DNA of 64,000 bases, taken from contig NC_092350.1 of assembly GCF_963676685.1 (NCBI RefSeq), positions 81,840,001 through 81,904,000 of the forward strand, given 5' to 3'. Source of the stretch: Mytilus edulis. Taxonomy: Eukaryota. The position numbers were made by a program, and so were the translations under genes. Each line of letters starts with the position of its first letter. Within the stretch, counting starts at the first letter, position 1. The notes beneath the pieces were generated by a model. It saw only the letters and a list, made by a program, of their open reading frames with translations, had not been told where the DNA came from and made no database searches. Positions 36,611-51,234 of the stretch are shown piece by piece.

Positions 36611-37364
36611 TCTATAATACCAAAATAACGAGGTCCAATTTGTCACCCGTCATCACGTTAAAACGACAAATCAAAGAATTCAACTTTATATATAACTAAT
36701 ATAGTACAAAGGTGTAGATTAAAAATTACACCACTCCAGGCCCCTTTGTTTTCCACGTAATTAATATTGCCAATAATTAAGAAGTTCCGGGTCGAGTCCG
36801 ATACCGATACCAATAGTATATTCACCTGTTACCTATTACCTTATCTGTACGTTCTGCATCTGACAGGCGCTCCACCAAACGGTGTATTCAGGATATATAT
36901 GCTATATACACGGGTCATAATCACAGGGTTGACACTACTAAATTGTCAAATTGTTACCTATTGTAGTATTTTAATCAGTAAGACTTTCTAAGATAACAAT
37001 ACGAATACTTAAAAACTGGACTAAAAATTAGGCGTAAAGGTACAGTTTTCAATTTGTTAGCGGGTATGACGTAAAACAGCGAATCAAAGAATTTAACTTT
37101 ATTTATAACTAATATAGGACAATGCTGTTGATTAAAAACTACTCCATTGCAGGGCCTTTTGTTTTCCAAGTAATTATTATTACCAATAATTGATAAGTTC
37201 CAGTTCGACGGGTTCAACAGAAAGATTTGAAAGTAGAGAAAACTGTGAAATCTTATAATCGGCATGACTTTATCAGATCACAATACTAATACTAAAATAA
37301 GGCTTGCGCATAGTTATATACCTTAATTCAGTCACGGACCCGCGATATCACGGGTGTGTTCTAG
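36611..37364 (+). mobile_element. Non-autonomous Helitron
   Basis: A|TC 5' end, subterminal hairpin acccgcgatatcacgggt and 3' CTAG|T, with no TSD. Internal ~140-bp duplication (36655-36800 vs 37070-37215). Confidence 0.85.
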
Positions 37365-37544
37365 TATGAAAAAAAAATAAACGGTAAGTGTCCATTGATG
37401 ACGGATATTCATAACCTTTATATATTTACACCAATTGTTCCTATGAGTATACAATATATTTGTAATTTACTTTGATTACACACTTTCATCGTTATATATA
37501 TATATATATAGTTCTCTGCATATTTCGAGACTAGAAAAGTTAGA

Positions 37545-37960
37545 TAACACTCTGCAAAACATTACTTAGATAATTGAAAGATATCGACAGACTACACAAT
37601 GATGAAAATACATTCACGAAACAGGCCACCAAAAAATTCATAGAAAACTGAAATATATCAACAGATAACACAATTGTTATAAAACAGTCTACGAAACATA
37701 ACTAAGATTTGAAAGACATCGACTGATTACACAACGTCGAAAATACATACATAAAAATTTAGAGAACAGTCTACAAAACAATGTTAAGAAAACTGAGAGA
37801 TATCGACAGGCACAATGTCGAAAATACATATACAATTGTTAGAGAACAGTCTACCAAACATTACTTATGAAACTGAAACATATCGACAGACTATACAATG
37901 ACGAAAATACATACACAAAAAGTTAGAGAACAGTCTACTTAACATTCCTTAAGGAAACAG
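37545..37960. repeat. Degenerate tandem repeat, ~80-bp unit, ~5 copies
   Basis: Recurring aacagtctac..aacat...gaaactgaaa.atatcgacagactacacaatg.cgaaaatacatac. Confidence 0.8.
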
Positions 37961-39152
37961 AAATAAAAAGCAACACGAACCGCAAAAAAATGTATTTTGC
38001 GCCTTTGACGTGCCAATAATTTCTTTTGTGTTAAATGTATCAAAATCCGATCAATTAGTAAAAGTTCTTGATAAAACATATTATTCGACCGAGTTAAAAT
38101 TTAAAGTAGAAAAGTATTACGTAACTAATAATGTCAATGACTCGAAACAAACACTTCCAATCGGTCATAAAATTGGCTCATTTACATATCATTTGTTTAA
38201 TATTGAATAACAAATATAACCTAATGTATAGCATGAAAGGTCTTTTACCAATTTTGTAAAGTACACCAAACATTAACGTTTGATAATTTTGAAATTGATT
38301 TTCCATTTAATAATTCTTTCTAATTGAATGCATAACAAACAAAATGCATAAAGAAAGATGAAGTTGTTTTTAAGAAGGAAAATCAATTATGAATTTGGGT
38401 GACACAGTTAAAAGACTGGACCCCTATGCAAGACTGTACTTTTTTTTTACATTTTACTTTCTATGTCTTTTGTACATGTTTTGATCAAACATAGCATAAT
38501 TATAGTCGACTGTCATACAAGTGAGAGATTTAGCTAGCAAGCTACAATAATGAATACACAAAGTATAATCCCCTATTTTATACATTTGTTTGATGCGATT
38601 GAGCTTTTGATTTTGCTATTTGATAGTGGACTCTCCTTGGACTTGGATATATTTTTTGTTATTTTATTTTGTTTAGTACGATTTGCAGTTCATGAAAATG
38701 TCCGTAGCTAAAAATCCAAACTAATTTGCTATATTTAGTATTTGTTAGTTAATACGTCTTTAGATATGTAAAACATTACGTGATTTCAGTTAAATTATTT
38801 TGATCTGTTTTTTTATAAGTTTTAAGCATAATCCGATAATTCGTAACAATAAATGGAACGACATTTGATGAAGAAATCAAGTAAATAATGGAAACGTTAA
38901 ACAAATACTTCTCAGTTTTTGACACTGTTTCAAAATATCAAATTGAAAATAACACTTATGTTTGTTATAATTCAAACAATATCCCGATATATTAAATTAA
39001 TGTATGCTGTATACATGCAAACATAATACAAAATAAGCACATAGACAAAAACAATATTTTTTTATTCGTGTCATGGAAAATGGACAAACCAAAGTTATAA
39101 ATGAGTAAAAAAATCTTACAGTATTATTATGATTGTATATCCAAAATTATGC

Positions 39153-39271
39153 ACAATCTTCCCGTAAGCTGAAAGACAATCTTCCCGTAAGTTTGAAAGA
39201 CAATCTTCCCGTAAGATTGAAAGACAATCTTCTCGTAAGTTTGAAAGACAATCTTACCGTGAGTTTGAAAG
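39153..39271. repeat. Minisatellite, 24-bp unit x5
   Basis: acaatcttcccgtaagtttgaaag repeated head-to-tail. Confidence 0.92.
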
Positions 39272-39934
39272 AATCTAGGTTGAAAACTGTATTTTGACTT
39301 GATTAAACAAGCAACCCCCTTTTATTGATTTTTTTTCGCTGAAAAAATACTAAGTTCTCAACTCTGAAAAAAGAAACAAAGTCGTTCATTAAAGATATGT
39401 GTTGTTTCCTTTTATGAAAAACATGCATACAACTTCTTAGATATAATTAGTTAAAATTGAAACCTGTCGTCTAATTTATCATTCTCCTCGATAATAAATG
39501 CTTAATATACAATAGATTGATTATCTGTCATCAAGTTTGTAAGTTATATTCATTTCTTAAAACATAATTTAAAAATAGAAAACTATGTTTCACTTATTTA
39601 AAGAAGTTTGAATGTTAAAATATAAAAACAAGAACATGTGGTATGATTGTAAATGAGACATCTCTCAAAAACAAATGAAATGACACAGAAAATCATAACT
39701 ATATAGGTTATAAATGCAGTATGGGTTTTACTCATTGTTGATACCAGTTAATCTCAATTTGTTTGTGAAGTGTAAATTTGCCTTCTTTAAGATACTCTTT
39801 TCAAATCTAAGCAAAAACAAAATACTCACTTTACCGACAGTAAAACATTATCAAACGTGTGAATCATATTTTATGGACGCCATCTTGCTTTGATTGACCG
39901 TTCTAGCATTTCAGCTCTTCAGATGACAACGAGT

Positions 39935-40170
39935 ATATTCCAAATGCGCGTTGTGTCTACTCAAGACTCATCAATGACGATCGAATGAAAAAAAAATTAC
40001 GATGTTGAAGAGAATTGAAGACCAAAAATTCATAAAGGTTTGGCCAAATACACCTAAGGTAATCTATTCATGAGTTAAAAAAAAGTACTAGTCGACTACT
40101 GGGTTGGTGATACCCCAGGGAATAAAAACTCCAACAGCAATGGTATCGACCCAGTGGTTGTAAATAAACA
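39935..40170 (-). repeat. Degenerate retrozyme-like copy
   Basis: Colinear with 34530-34874; ribozyme core mutated. Confidence 0.65.
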
Positions 40171-41699
40171 TTAACAGTCATAATGGAAAAAAAACGTCAA
40201 TCAGTATTTTTATGGATTTCTCACTGTTAAACACAATCTGTTAAAATTTTAACCAACTTGTATTTAAATCTGATTATACTAACTCGCAAAAGGTTCCTGT
40301 AGACAGAACAAAAGATGTGGTTATTTTTACTATGTTAATCCGATAAATTGTTTATCAACACTGCGATCAAAATAGAATAAACAGTTACATTTAATAACTT
40401 TACATGTATTTCCTTTAAGATTAACATTCTGAAATGTATATGACGTGCGTAAAACACTGTAAAACATTACATGGCATCAATATTGCTCTGTACAATGCAG
40501 CTAAATGTGAAAGTTTCATTGTCTGCTTCAACTGTGTTATTGGCAAAATTTCCTCAAGATTCCCTGCTTTAACATTATCATTACTTTATTTACAATAAAT
40601 TTGAAAAATTAATTATCCCATTATGATTAATTTTTTTCTAAAATTATAAATTAAGTCAGAGTTATCAAAATAGGGTTAACTTTTATGGCCTAGTATAAAA
40701 AACAATTAAGTAAAATTGGTATTAACACTGTTGTTGTCAGTTGCATATAAATCATTGCACTCTAAATTGTCTATCTAAAAGTGAATATGGAAATTAATTA
40801 CATACTTAAAATGCTTCTAGCACTTGTAGTTTAAAAAGATAAATATACGTGGTTCAGAAAACCTGACATGGTTAGGGTACATAATTGGATTGGGTTGTAC
40901 CAGTGTCGCATGCGCATACAAATTGTAATTCCTGTAATTCCTAGATTGTCACGTACAATAAAACCCATTGATATTGCATCTTTCCAAATGATGACTGTTA
41001 AACAAAGATATAAACACGGCACCTTTTTTTGAAAGTTATGGTCCATAGTGTCTACCTACGGCTGGAAGATACCTACATATAACAGTTAAAAGTTCGATAG
41101 TGTTGCTCAGAAATATATCCAACTAGTAAACGCAACGAAGCCAGCAACACCAGATTCTTGTATATATTCCTAATAGGAAGGAAAGAAAAACTACACAAGA
41201 TTATAGCTTGAAATTTTTATACAATTATGACCATTTATGAAACTGAATAAAAAGACAATAATGCAAGATGTAATTCTTTCTTCTTTTTAGGTAATCAACC
41301 AGTTCTATTTTTTATTCTTTTTCTTTCTTTTCTTCTTGCGGGATTTTTTATCTCTCTCTTTGTAACTTTTTTTTCTTTCAGTCTGCATGTCGCTGATCGT
41401 TTTTTGACATGCGAATCTATCATTTAACTCATGTTTTAGTGTGAAGTACGTTCATGAGTACATTTTACCAATGTGTACTGATATATATTTTTGAAGAAAG
41501 AATTTAGTCAATGCAAGTGTGTGGTTAAAATTAGCAACAGTGTTGGTGACACAAACAAAAGTTGAATGGTCTTTCAATGTTTGTTGAAAGCAAATTCCGT
41601 TTAACATCCTAAAGGAAGGATGTAAATTGCTAAATATAAATATACAATAAAGTACATATTTTTTACGTTATAAGTATCATAGTATGTACTTTTATATAA

Positions 41700-41860
41700 A
41701 GAAATTTTGTATTTGCGCCAGACACGCGTATCGTCTACAAGAGATTCACCAGTGACGCTCGAATAAAAAAAGTGAAAAAGCAAAATAAAGAACGAAGTTG
41801 AAAAACATTGAGGACCAAAATGTCCTAAAATCTTTACCAAATACAGCTAAGGTTATCTAA
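41700..41860 (-). repeat. Degenerate retrozyme-like copy
   Basis: gcgccagacacgcgtatcgtctacaagagattcaccagtgacgctcgaa plus the shared flank. Confidence 0.7.
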
Positions 41861-44574
41861 TGCATTGAAAACTGACAAAATGACTACAAGAGTATAAAAA
41901 ATACGCATTTCTTTATACTATCATTTGCATGATAGATGTTTGTCCCGAAATAGGTTATCGGTTAATTATGATAAAATATTACCTTGTTTATGCAAATACA
42001 AAGACACAAAATTCAACGATTATTTTTTACATAGAGCACCTAAAACATAGATTGATTCATCTTTTAATTAAAATATATTCATAGCCTTATTTTTTTTTAT
42101 CGTTTTGCTTACTTTGTATTAAATATATGATCTTCTTAGTAGTAGAGATTTTTATGTTAATACATTATTTACCCTCAAACTGAGAAAATACATTTGTATC
42201 ACTATAACTGGATCAGTGTCATTACAGTCTGTAATATGCAAGGGTTCTTTACATTCAGGAAACAGTACTTCAAACAGGCACGATATACATACTTATGTAT
42301 AATTTTCACTGATAAATTATTCTTATTATACGCAAACAGACCATACATGTACAAATTTGTAATCAGGCCACTTTGTTAATTCTCAATATTTTAAAACATA
42401 TTTTTTGTAACTAGTTAATGTATCGAGTTTCAATGATTTCGCCTGAAGCTTACATAAAGAATAAAAAGTAGTGAATTTGTACAACGTATATTCTAACACA
42501 AAATAAAATCTGCATTGTTATTATTTGACTTCGGTAAAGTGTGTGTAACATTGTTAAATATTTCAACAAAATTCAGAATGGAAATGGGGATATGTCATAG
42601 ATAAACTCTTCATAGATACCAGGACTAAATTTTGTATATACGCCAGACGCGCGAGAAAAAAAAACGTCCAAAGATCAGACCAAAGCCGAAGGCCACCAAT
42701 GTGTCTTCAACGCAGCGAAAAAATTCCGGACCCGAAGATGTTCATCAGTTGGCCCCTAATTAAATTGTGTAGTACTAAGGAAAAACGGTAGTCGTAATAA
42801 ACCCTAAAACAAATAAATAAAATAAAAATGAAAAACATACAAGACTAACAAGTCCAAAGCTCCTGATTTGGGACAGGCGGCAGGGTTAAACATGTATGTG
42901 TGATTTCAATCCGCCCACTCCCCTCAATACCTCTAGAGAAGGTAGAGTGAAGAAACATATAGCAATACGCACAGTAAAACTCCGTTTAAAAGAAGTCCGA
43001 GTCTGATGTCAGAATAGGTAACACAAGAAACTAAGAAAAGTTACAATGTCAGATACATAAATCAACAAAAGGCTTCTACTACTGACATGCCAGCTCTAGA
43101 CCTCAACTAAGCTGATGGAAAAATTATGTGTTTATCATATCTCTTTCTTGTAATGGTACTATCATACTTATTCATAGTCTGTTGTTATTTAATGTGTTCT
43201 TTTGTAATATTCTAAATATATTTTGTTTTCTATTTTACATCTATCTTTTTCTCGCTGTCTTTGGTCTTTTTCTCTGTTTCGTGTCTTTGATCATTCCCAA
43301 ATATGGGCATGTATAAAGAAATAAATATTTTCAGAGTGAAATACGTAGTACATTATATTATGATATCTTGCTAAAAAAAACATGAGATGAAGATAGAAAT
43401 AAAACAAGAACAATTGCGTCCGACAAAGGGATAAATTTAGTTTAACGGCTGTTGTAAAGACGTGTTTAGTTTGTAACTAGGATTTGTTTTCTCTCAATCG
43501 ATTTATGACTTTTGAACAGCGGTATACTACTGTTGCCTTTATTTAGAACGTAAAAGCAAGATATAAGTGGCTAAGTATAAATTTACAAAAGACGAATTTT
43601 CGACATAATAAAATGCCAGTACCAAGTCAGGAATATGAGTTGTAAACCATTCGTTTGATGTGTTTGTGTTTTTTACTTTGACATTTGCTTAGGAATTTTC
43701 AGTTTAGAATTTTCTCCGAGTTCGGAATACGTCCTTTTTAACATATATAGAAGAATTTTGTTATAGACGTCCAATACAACATATATTGATGATTTTTTTT
43801 CTCAGACGGTCCGTGTATATATACCAGTAGGAGAGAGATAAACAACATCATGACAAACGGAAACTATCAAAACTAGGTCAACAACATATTGCACGGTAAT
43901 AAAAGAAAAGAACTCTAGAAAAATAAGTAGGTTAAACTGTAGTACTATTTCTACAGCTTAATGACAGATATTACATTAACTTGTTTTAGGATACAAAATC
44001 AATGCTGTATCATGGAAAAATTGACATCAAGTTTACACCTACATAGTAGTGAAAGTACTTTTGGAAAAAAAAAGATGCTAGTTAAAAATACCGTGGTAAC
44101 TATAATTTAAGCATTCTGATGTATAAATAAATTCAAGTAATCTTTATCCATATCTATTTTTCATAGGATAAATTATGACGATGATATACAAAAATGTCTT
44201 TGTTTTTGCAACCAACATAAATAGGTAAAATACGTGTTAATACTAATATATAGATTAAAAATATATCAAGTGTATGCCGATATCATTTTTCGATAATAAT
44301 GCAATATTTACAAATATATTTCGCAACTGTCATAAGAATAAACAAGTCAGAAATGACTCATTGACAGTGAGGATTTGTAAGAATTAAAATAAACACATAC
44401 GTAACATATGTTCAATGATTGTTATTCAAAAATAGCTTGAAAAGTTATGATTATCCTATAATAATGATAACTACATCATACATTAAGAGTAGCACAAGTA
44501 TTAGTATTAGTATAGATAAACACATAGTAATAAACAGCTAAAATATGAAACTCGAGATATGAAATAACTATATA

Positions 44575-46381
44575 CACCGTGTAGAACGCCACATGCGGGG
44601 TGTCGGCTATGTTTGACATGGGGTGGCAATTTTGAAGCGACGAAAAAGTAAGAAGGTAAGTTCAAGCATCAAAATTTCTTATTTCTAGAACTCTCAGTAC
44701 CATATAATGTATTGCACGGAAGGAACCACAATATAATCTATTTCCTGAAAGCAGAAGCAGTCGTTTTCAGTGCTCAGTTTTCTCAAACACCTCGCCCTAG
44801 TTTTCCGTGTTGCAGATTTTGAGGCTTTATATGCAAATTTCGGTATAAAAAACTACTTTACACAGCCATCCCCCGTATCATTTATATAGAATTGTATTCC
44901 TCTCATTGACTTATACCAAATACCAGTTTCTTAGTTAAAATTAATTGGTTTTAAAACTGTTATTCATCAAAATATAAAGTGTCGCTCGGGGTGTCAGATT
45001 TTGCGTCGCAAGGGGTAGAGGCTTGTCATGAAAAAATACATATTTGCTTGTAAATTAGTCTTCATATGATACATTTTATTTCAAACACATCTACTTTACC
45101 ATGACAAAACAAGGATTTTTCATTTTGCCTGTTTTTGGTCTAATAAAATATATGCTTTTGATTTCATTCACATCTACTTTACCATGACAAAATAAGGGTT
45201 TTTCATTTTTGCCTGCTTTTGGTCTTACAAAACATGTGCTTTTGATTTCATTCATAGTAAAAAAAATGGCTTAAAATATTTAGTTTTCAAGCTGGTAAAC
45301 GATTTCTTTTCCTTTTCAGTCACAATCATGGTAAAAAAAAGTCAAGGCTATGGCTCAATAAACCAAAACATCACAAAATAGTCCTCAATATAAGATATGC
45401 CCAAAGCCTCCACCAGCCAAAATGCATCATAGTTCATCAGCAGGTTCATCTAAAAAGCACTCGTGCACGCCGCAAAAATCCATTACTCCTAAAAGAATTA
45501 GAACACTCTCTCCAATGAAACACTCTCCAGCATCTTTTTCAGCGAATGACAACACAACTTCAAGTAATCCTGAAGACGATGATACTACAATTGTCAATGA
45601 GAAAACAACGACTTGTACACAATATACAACGGAACAGGTTTACAAGAACAAATGATTCAAGACAGTTATTTCGTTCGTAATCGCCCAGCTAGAACTATCC
45701 GTTTTCTGTTACACATCTATCATATCATATCTACTTTGAAGGTTTACTCTGACTATATACATATCTCTAAACGAACCGGAATTGAATAAAATTTGAAAAA
45801 TATGATGTAACCTGTGTTTTTCTGGGTTGCATTTCTGTTACATTTATGTTTCTATTTTTGTAGGTGTGTTTGAATTAAAAAGTATCAGATAGAGATCGAT
45901 TTATAAGAAAATGTATTCTTTTTTTTATGACAAGCCTCTACCCCTTGCGACGCAAAATCTGACACCCCGGGTGACACTTTATATTTTGATGAATAGCAGT
46001 TTTAAAACCAATTAATTTTAACTAAGAAACTGGTATTTGGTATAAGTCAATGAGAGGAATACAATTCTATATAAATGATACGGATGGTAGCTGTGTAAAG
46101 TAGTTTTTTATACCGAAATTTGCATATAAAGCCTCAAAATCTGCGACATGGAAAACTAGGGCGAGGTGTTTGAGAAAACTGAGCACTGAAAACGACTGCT
46201 TCTGCTTTCAGGAAATAGATTATGTTGCGGTTCCTTCCGTGCAATACATTATATGGTACTGAGAGTTCTAGAAATAAGAAATTTTGATGCTTGAACTTAC
46301 CTTCTTACTTTTTCGTCGCTTCAAAATTGCCACCCCATGTCAAACATAGCCGACACCCCGCAAGTGGCGTTCTACACGGTG
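44575..46381. mobile_element. Non-autonomous DNA transposon with 455-bp TIRs, CACCGTG termini and an apparent 5-bp TSD (Transib/CMC-like)
   Basis: 44575-45029 is a near-perfect reverse complement of 45927-46381, with ATATA on both flanks. The interior has a ~85-bp tandem duplication and a decayed Ser/Thr-rich ORF (45422-45655). Confidence 0.88.
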
Positions 46382-49300
46382 ATATAACTGAGAAGTTTCT
46401 TTTGATCGATTAGATTTGTGTAAATATGAGTTTAATGCATTGAAAATTGACAAAATAACTATAAAAACTATAAAGTAATGCGCACTTTATCAAAATATTA
46501 TTTGCGTGACAGATGGTTGTCCCGAAATAAATTATCGGTTAATTATGATAAAATATTACCTTATTTATGAAATATACACAGAAAATAAAAAAGTTTCGAT
46601 TCTAAACACCTCAAACTTGGGCCTGATTCAACATATGTATAGATAGACTATTTTCTCTTATATTTTTGTTTTTTGTCGTTAAAATATAATATCTGTTTCA
46701 CAAAGCAGATATGTTTCATCTTGAATTGATCCACTAGTCTACCAACTGATTAATGATACAGGCATGATTTCAAGGCCATATATATGTAATGTAAAAATAA
46801 TCAAACTGTACGTTTACCCCCTTTTTTCCTCCGGAGCAGATCTAATATCAGGTCATTTCGGTTTTTCTTCATATTGTGATGCACTTAAACTGTTTTTGTA
46901 TCTTGATTCGAACTTTAGCCAGGAGCTTATATGAGAAAAAGGAAACAATGAATTTTATAAACTTCTAGACATGTTCTTTAAAATCAATGTCCATATATAA
47001 TTGCAATGGGTGATTTTCTATTTAGTCCTGAACATTTCGATTAAAATTTTCTGTTTTATCAGTATATACAAACATTTTGTGTTCACAATATTATAAGTTA
47101 TGCGTTTGATTTAACAAATTAAACCCGTTAGTCGGTTTTTTTTCTCACAATTTTAGGTGAAGTTTTTGCTATATTGTAAACTCGATCGTACGTCAATGTT
47201 TTTGGCAGATTATATTTATATTTTAACCTGTTAAATGATTAGCGACACTTATTTACATTACTAGTGCTATAAACTAAATCATTTTATATCATATCGCTAT
47301 TTTAAAAAGATAATAAAAATGTCATAAATGAACTATTATTACTTAAGTTGTTTAAATGAGACATACTTTAAGCGTTCTCTTAGATGTTTATTCATACAAC
47401 ATACTTTGCAATGTAGGCAATTTTATCGTTAGTACCAGATAAAGTTATATCCTTATAATAGGAACTTTATGAGCAAAATGGCAGTAATAAATCGGTCCAT
47501 ACATACAAAAACATCTACCATGCGTATAACTTACTGTCTTTATTTTCATGTACTTTTGACTTTGTTTATTTGTCTTTTGTTTTTCATCTCATTTTGTTAA
47601 ATGTATTTGTTTTAAAATCCAACTCTAGTTTTCACTTTGCTTTCGTACGTGACAGGCATTCGTCTTAAAACAAGGTTTCGGTTAATGATAAAAATCTCAC
47701 CTTGTCTCTATATACATAAAAATTACATAACATTAACAAATCTTTATACCTTAGTCTTTGTTTACTAAAAGGCGTTAAACCCGGTAAATATGACCATTTT
47801 TGAAAGCTGTTGACCTCATTAGGACAACTTTATTTTCAAAATTGTATTATCTTTCAATAATGCATTGTTCAACATACACTGGTTTTTTTTATTTTAGGGT
47901 AATACATAACAAAAAAAGACATAGAGGATCGTTTGAACAATACTCGCAGTTACTGAAAGCTAGTTGAAACTATAGATTTCGCTAGCTATAAACCCTAGTT
48001 TACTCCTTCATTTTCTATATAAGGAAATAACAGTACTAAGTAAGGATTATGACAGCAGTTTTCACTTCGTTTGATGTGTTTGAACTTGTTATTTTTCCGT
48101 TTGATAAAGGACATTCCATTGAGTTTCCCTTGTAAATCAGTATTTTTTCTATTTTACTTTTTCCTGATATTTACTCTATTGAGTAATAACGATCTTATCT
48201 TGGACTGTCAATGATACATATAATGTCTGTATTAATCAATCAAATCAATCAAATAATGTCCATTGATCTACAAGAGTAACAAAACAGGCAATGAAAGTCC
48301 TGCTTAAATTGTAGTAGCATATAACAACAACTGTGAAACTATTTCTTCATAGAAAAAAAGCCATTCACAACATTTCTTGTTGAAACAATACAAGTTTTGG
48401 TGCACTATATGCATATTTTGACAAATAATGTTTCTTTAGTGATGATCAATGCAAAAACCAATTGGAACATCCAAAACATAATACAAATGTTGAAAAATAA
48501 AAAAGGACCTCAAGTAACGTTTAAGTTTTGAAAATATGTTATGGATTAATTAGAAGAGTATTGAGTGAATTGAATCTGATGACAGTTAAATCGTAAAACA
48601 AATGCCTTGCTTAGTACCACACTTTCTTTGCTAGCGTCAGATGGATTGGTACAGCTACTGGTTGACTATAAGTATCCAATGAAACTATCCGTCAAGAAGC
48701 TGTTTATTCATACTGATATGATTTTATTGGACTCATCAAGTAGTCAAATACCTGATGCAATTGTTACATTACGACTGTTTTGATCTTTTTGTAGAAATGG
48801 TCTCAACAATTTAAAATAGTTAATTTCCAAATATGAACAATCTAATTGAATATAGTAAGGAAAACACGTGTCATAGTCACGCAACATTGCTTAGTAAAGA
48901 CCCGTTTTGTCCCATATGTGTTACAGTAGACCAAAGTTAACTTGGATTTTGCGTACTTCCATTTCCCTGTGTAAATAGACTTGAATGACACTTCAACCGT
49001 AATCAATCTCGTAGTTATAAAAAGAAATTAATAAACATTAAAATTGAGATACAATAACAAACAAGACATTATGTTTGACCTTCTAAACTTACGCGATGAA
49101 GGTTATTCTAGAAATACGTGACGTACGCACGGAATTCGGAAGCAAACGATTTTTCATTCTTGATATAAGATGAAAACACTATTAATGATATAGATGGAAT
49201 TCAATAACTACGACACGAATACGTCTAAAGACTAAACAGGCGGACTCCGAGTAAACGTAACAGAAAACAGAGTGATAAAATTCCGATTGTCATCAGTGGA

Positions 49301-49452
49301 ACTTGTCTGAAGAAAAGTTTTAAATGGATTTGAACTCATAATTCTTTTTAAATTTGTATCTTCCAATTCATCGATGTTTTTTTTTTCTTTGTTTCTTATA
49401 GATTGATTGCAACTAGGTATTTTCTTCTCATTATTTACTTTTAAGGGTTTTG

Positions 49453-49570
49453 TATGGAACGCCACAGCTGTCTTATGTGGAACTCTGATATTACAAACTA
49501 TTATTAAGTAATGATAAAAGAACATCAAGTAATATCAGAGAACCACATAAGACAGCTGTGGCGTTCCATA
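49453..49570. mobile_element. 118-bp MITE with TATGG...CCATA termini and a perfect 6-bp TSD (IS3EU-like)
   Basis: GTTTTG|TATGGAACGCCACAGCTGTCTTATGTGG...CCACATAAGACAGCTGTGGCGTTCCATA|GTTTTG, ~42-bp TIR. Confidence 0.9.
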
Positions 49571-49729
49571 GTTTTGTTCTGTATACTTTATATAAAAGAA
49601 AAAAAAAGAAACTGCGTAAAAATTGTACTTGGATATGTATAAAGTATATTCTACTGTTTATAAAATGCTTACCGGAAAACATTTATTCTTTACAGTTTTT
49701 ATCTTAGCAATAGATTTAAACGAACTATA

Positions 49730-50112
49730 ACAAAAGGGGGACAATAGATACCGGGTAGACAGTCAAACTTATTGTTAGAAAATAAATTGACAACTACATG
49801 GCTAAAATAAAAAGACAAACAGACAAATAATAATACAGAAGAAACAACATGGAAAACTAAAGACGAAGCAACACGAACCCCACCAAGAACTGGTGGTGAT
49901 CTCAGGTGCTGTGGAAGTGTGACCAGATCCTGCTCCACATTTGGCACCCGTCGTGATGCTTATGTTGTTTCAAATCCGGTAAATAGTCTAATTCGGTAGG
50001 TCAAATTCATGAAAAGGGAAGGGTATTATAGTTACGACATAAGGAACATATCCGATATCATCTGTGAAACGGTTATTCCATAACGGTCAATCAACTCGTG
50101 ATGGCTTCCGTA
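49730..50112 (-). mobile_element. Penelope-like 3' fragment including the last RT codons
   Basis: Colinear with 1216-1600. Minus strand reads YGSHHELIDRYGITVSQMISD. Confidence 0.8.
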
Positions 50113-51234
50113 CAAGGATATTGCAGTAAAAACTGTCAATAAAAGATAGAAAGCAGGTAATCAATTGATAAAAAAAAAACAATTCTGACAAATCCAACTG
50201 CCAAATATAGGCATACAATTTGTATGAAAATACCTAACTGGAATGGGGATAAATATTAAGTTTTCGACCACAACTACGTGATCACTGTAGGTAATATATA
50301 AATGTAATCCCCCTCACCGTCGGTTTCACGTATTACATCATGATCTGCATTTTACTTCCATCAGCGACATGTGATAATGGTTTTAGAAAATGCAACTGAT
50401 CTCGTAATGTTTATGTCAGTTTTAAAAATTGAAAAAAGGAAAGCCATTGCTCATTTCAATAAGTTAAAATGACTTTTGATAATATTCTATTTTTGCTAAA
50501 TTTAATTTCAATGAATGACCGGTCACTTTCTAGAAAAACTGTTTATTTGGACTTATTGACATCCCAATACTATCTTTCTGGAGTTTCTAAGTTTCTGCTG
50601 ATTTATACAAATTACGTTCGTATTCGTCGTATTATATACATTGTGCATCATATAGGTATGGTAATGTAACAAGTATGCAAGTGCATCATTTTATGAAGGT
50701 CTTAGAATTAGGAAACCCTTGGGTCATGGACAACAAATAATATTGATATGAGTCATATTCTTCGTTTATTATAAAGGAAGCACTGTGTACAACCGAGTAC
50801 GATCACATTCAAAACTTGAAAAACAAATGGAATGGAGACTTGACTTTCACCTTGTCATACGTTTGTCACAATGGAGAACAATAATGTGATGTTTGGATCG
50901 CGTTTAAAATACAATTCTGAAACGGAAGCAGTTTGAAGGCAGTAAAATATTTCTGCATTGAAATATATCAAAGTATGTGTTATAAAAGATAAAATTGATA
51001 ATGGAAATGGGGAATGTGTCAAAGAGACAACAACCCGACCAAAAAGCAGACAACAGCCAAAGGCCATCAATGAATTAATCCGAACTATTAAATATTGGTC
51101 TTTTTCTCTTCTTTTGTATTTTGGTACTAGTTTAAAGGACAACACATTATGAGAATAATCACTAAAGACGTATGATATGTTAGTAAATGTACAGAAATAA
51201 TTTGTTGGGAATAAATTTCATTTTAAATTAACTG

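Noticed and set aside
39153-39271. CRISPR-like array
   Set aside because: The repeats are head-to-tail with no spacers, in eukaryotic context. It is a minisatellite.
40831-41175. Possible decayed GPCR-like transmembrane fragment on the minus strand
   Set aside because: Several stops and only vague hydrophobic patterning. It cannot be supported without a search.
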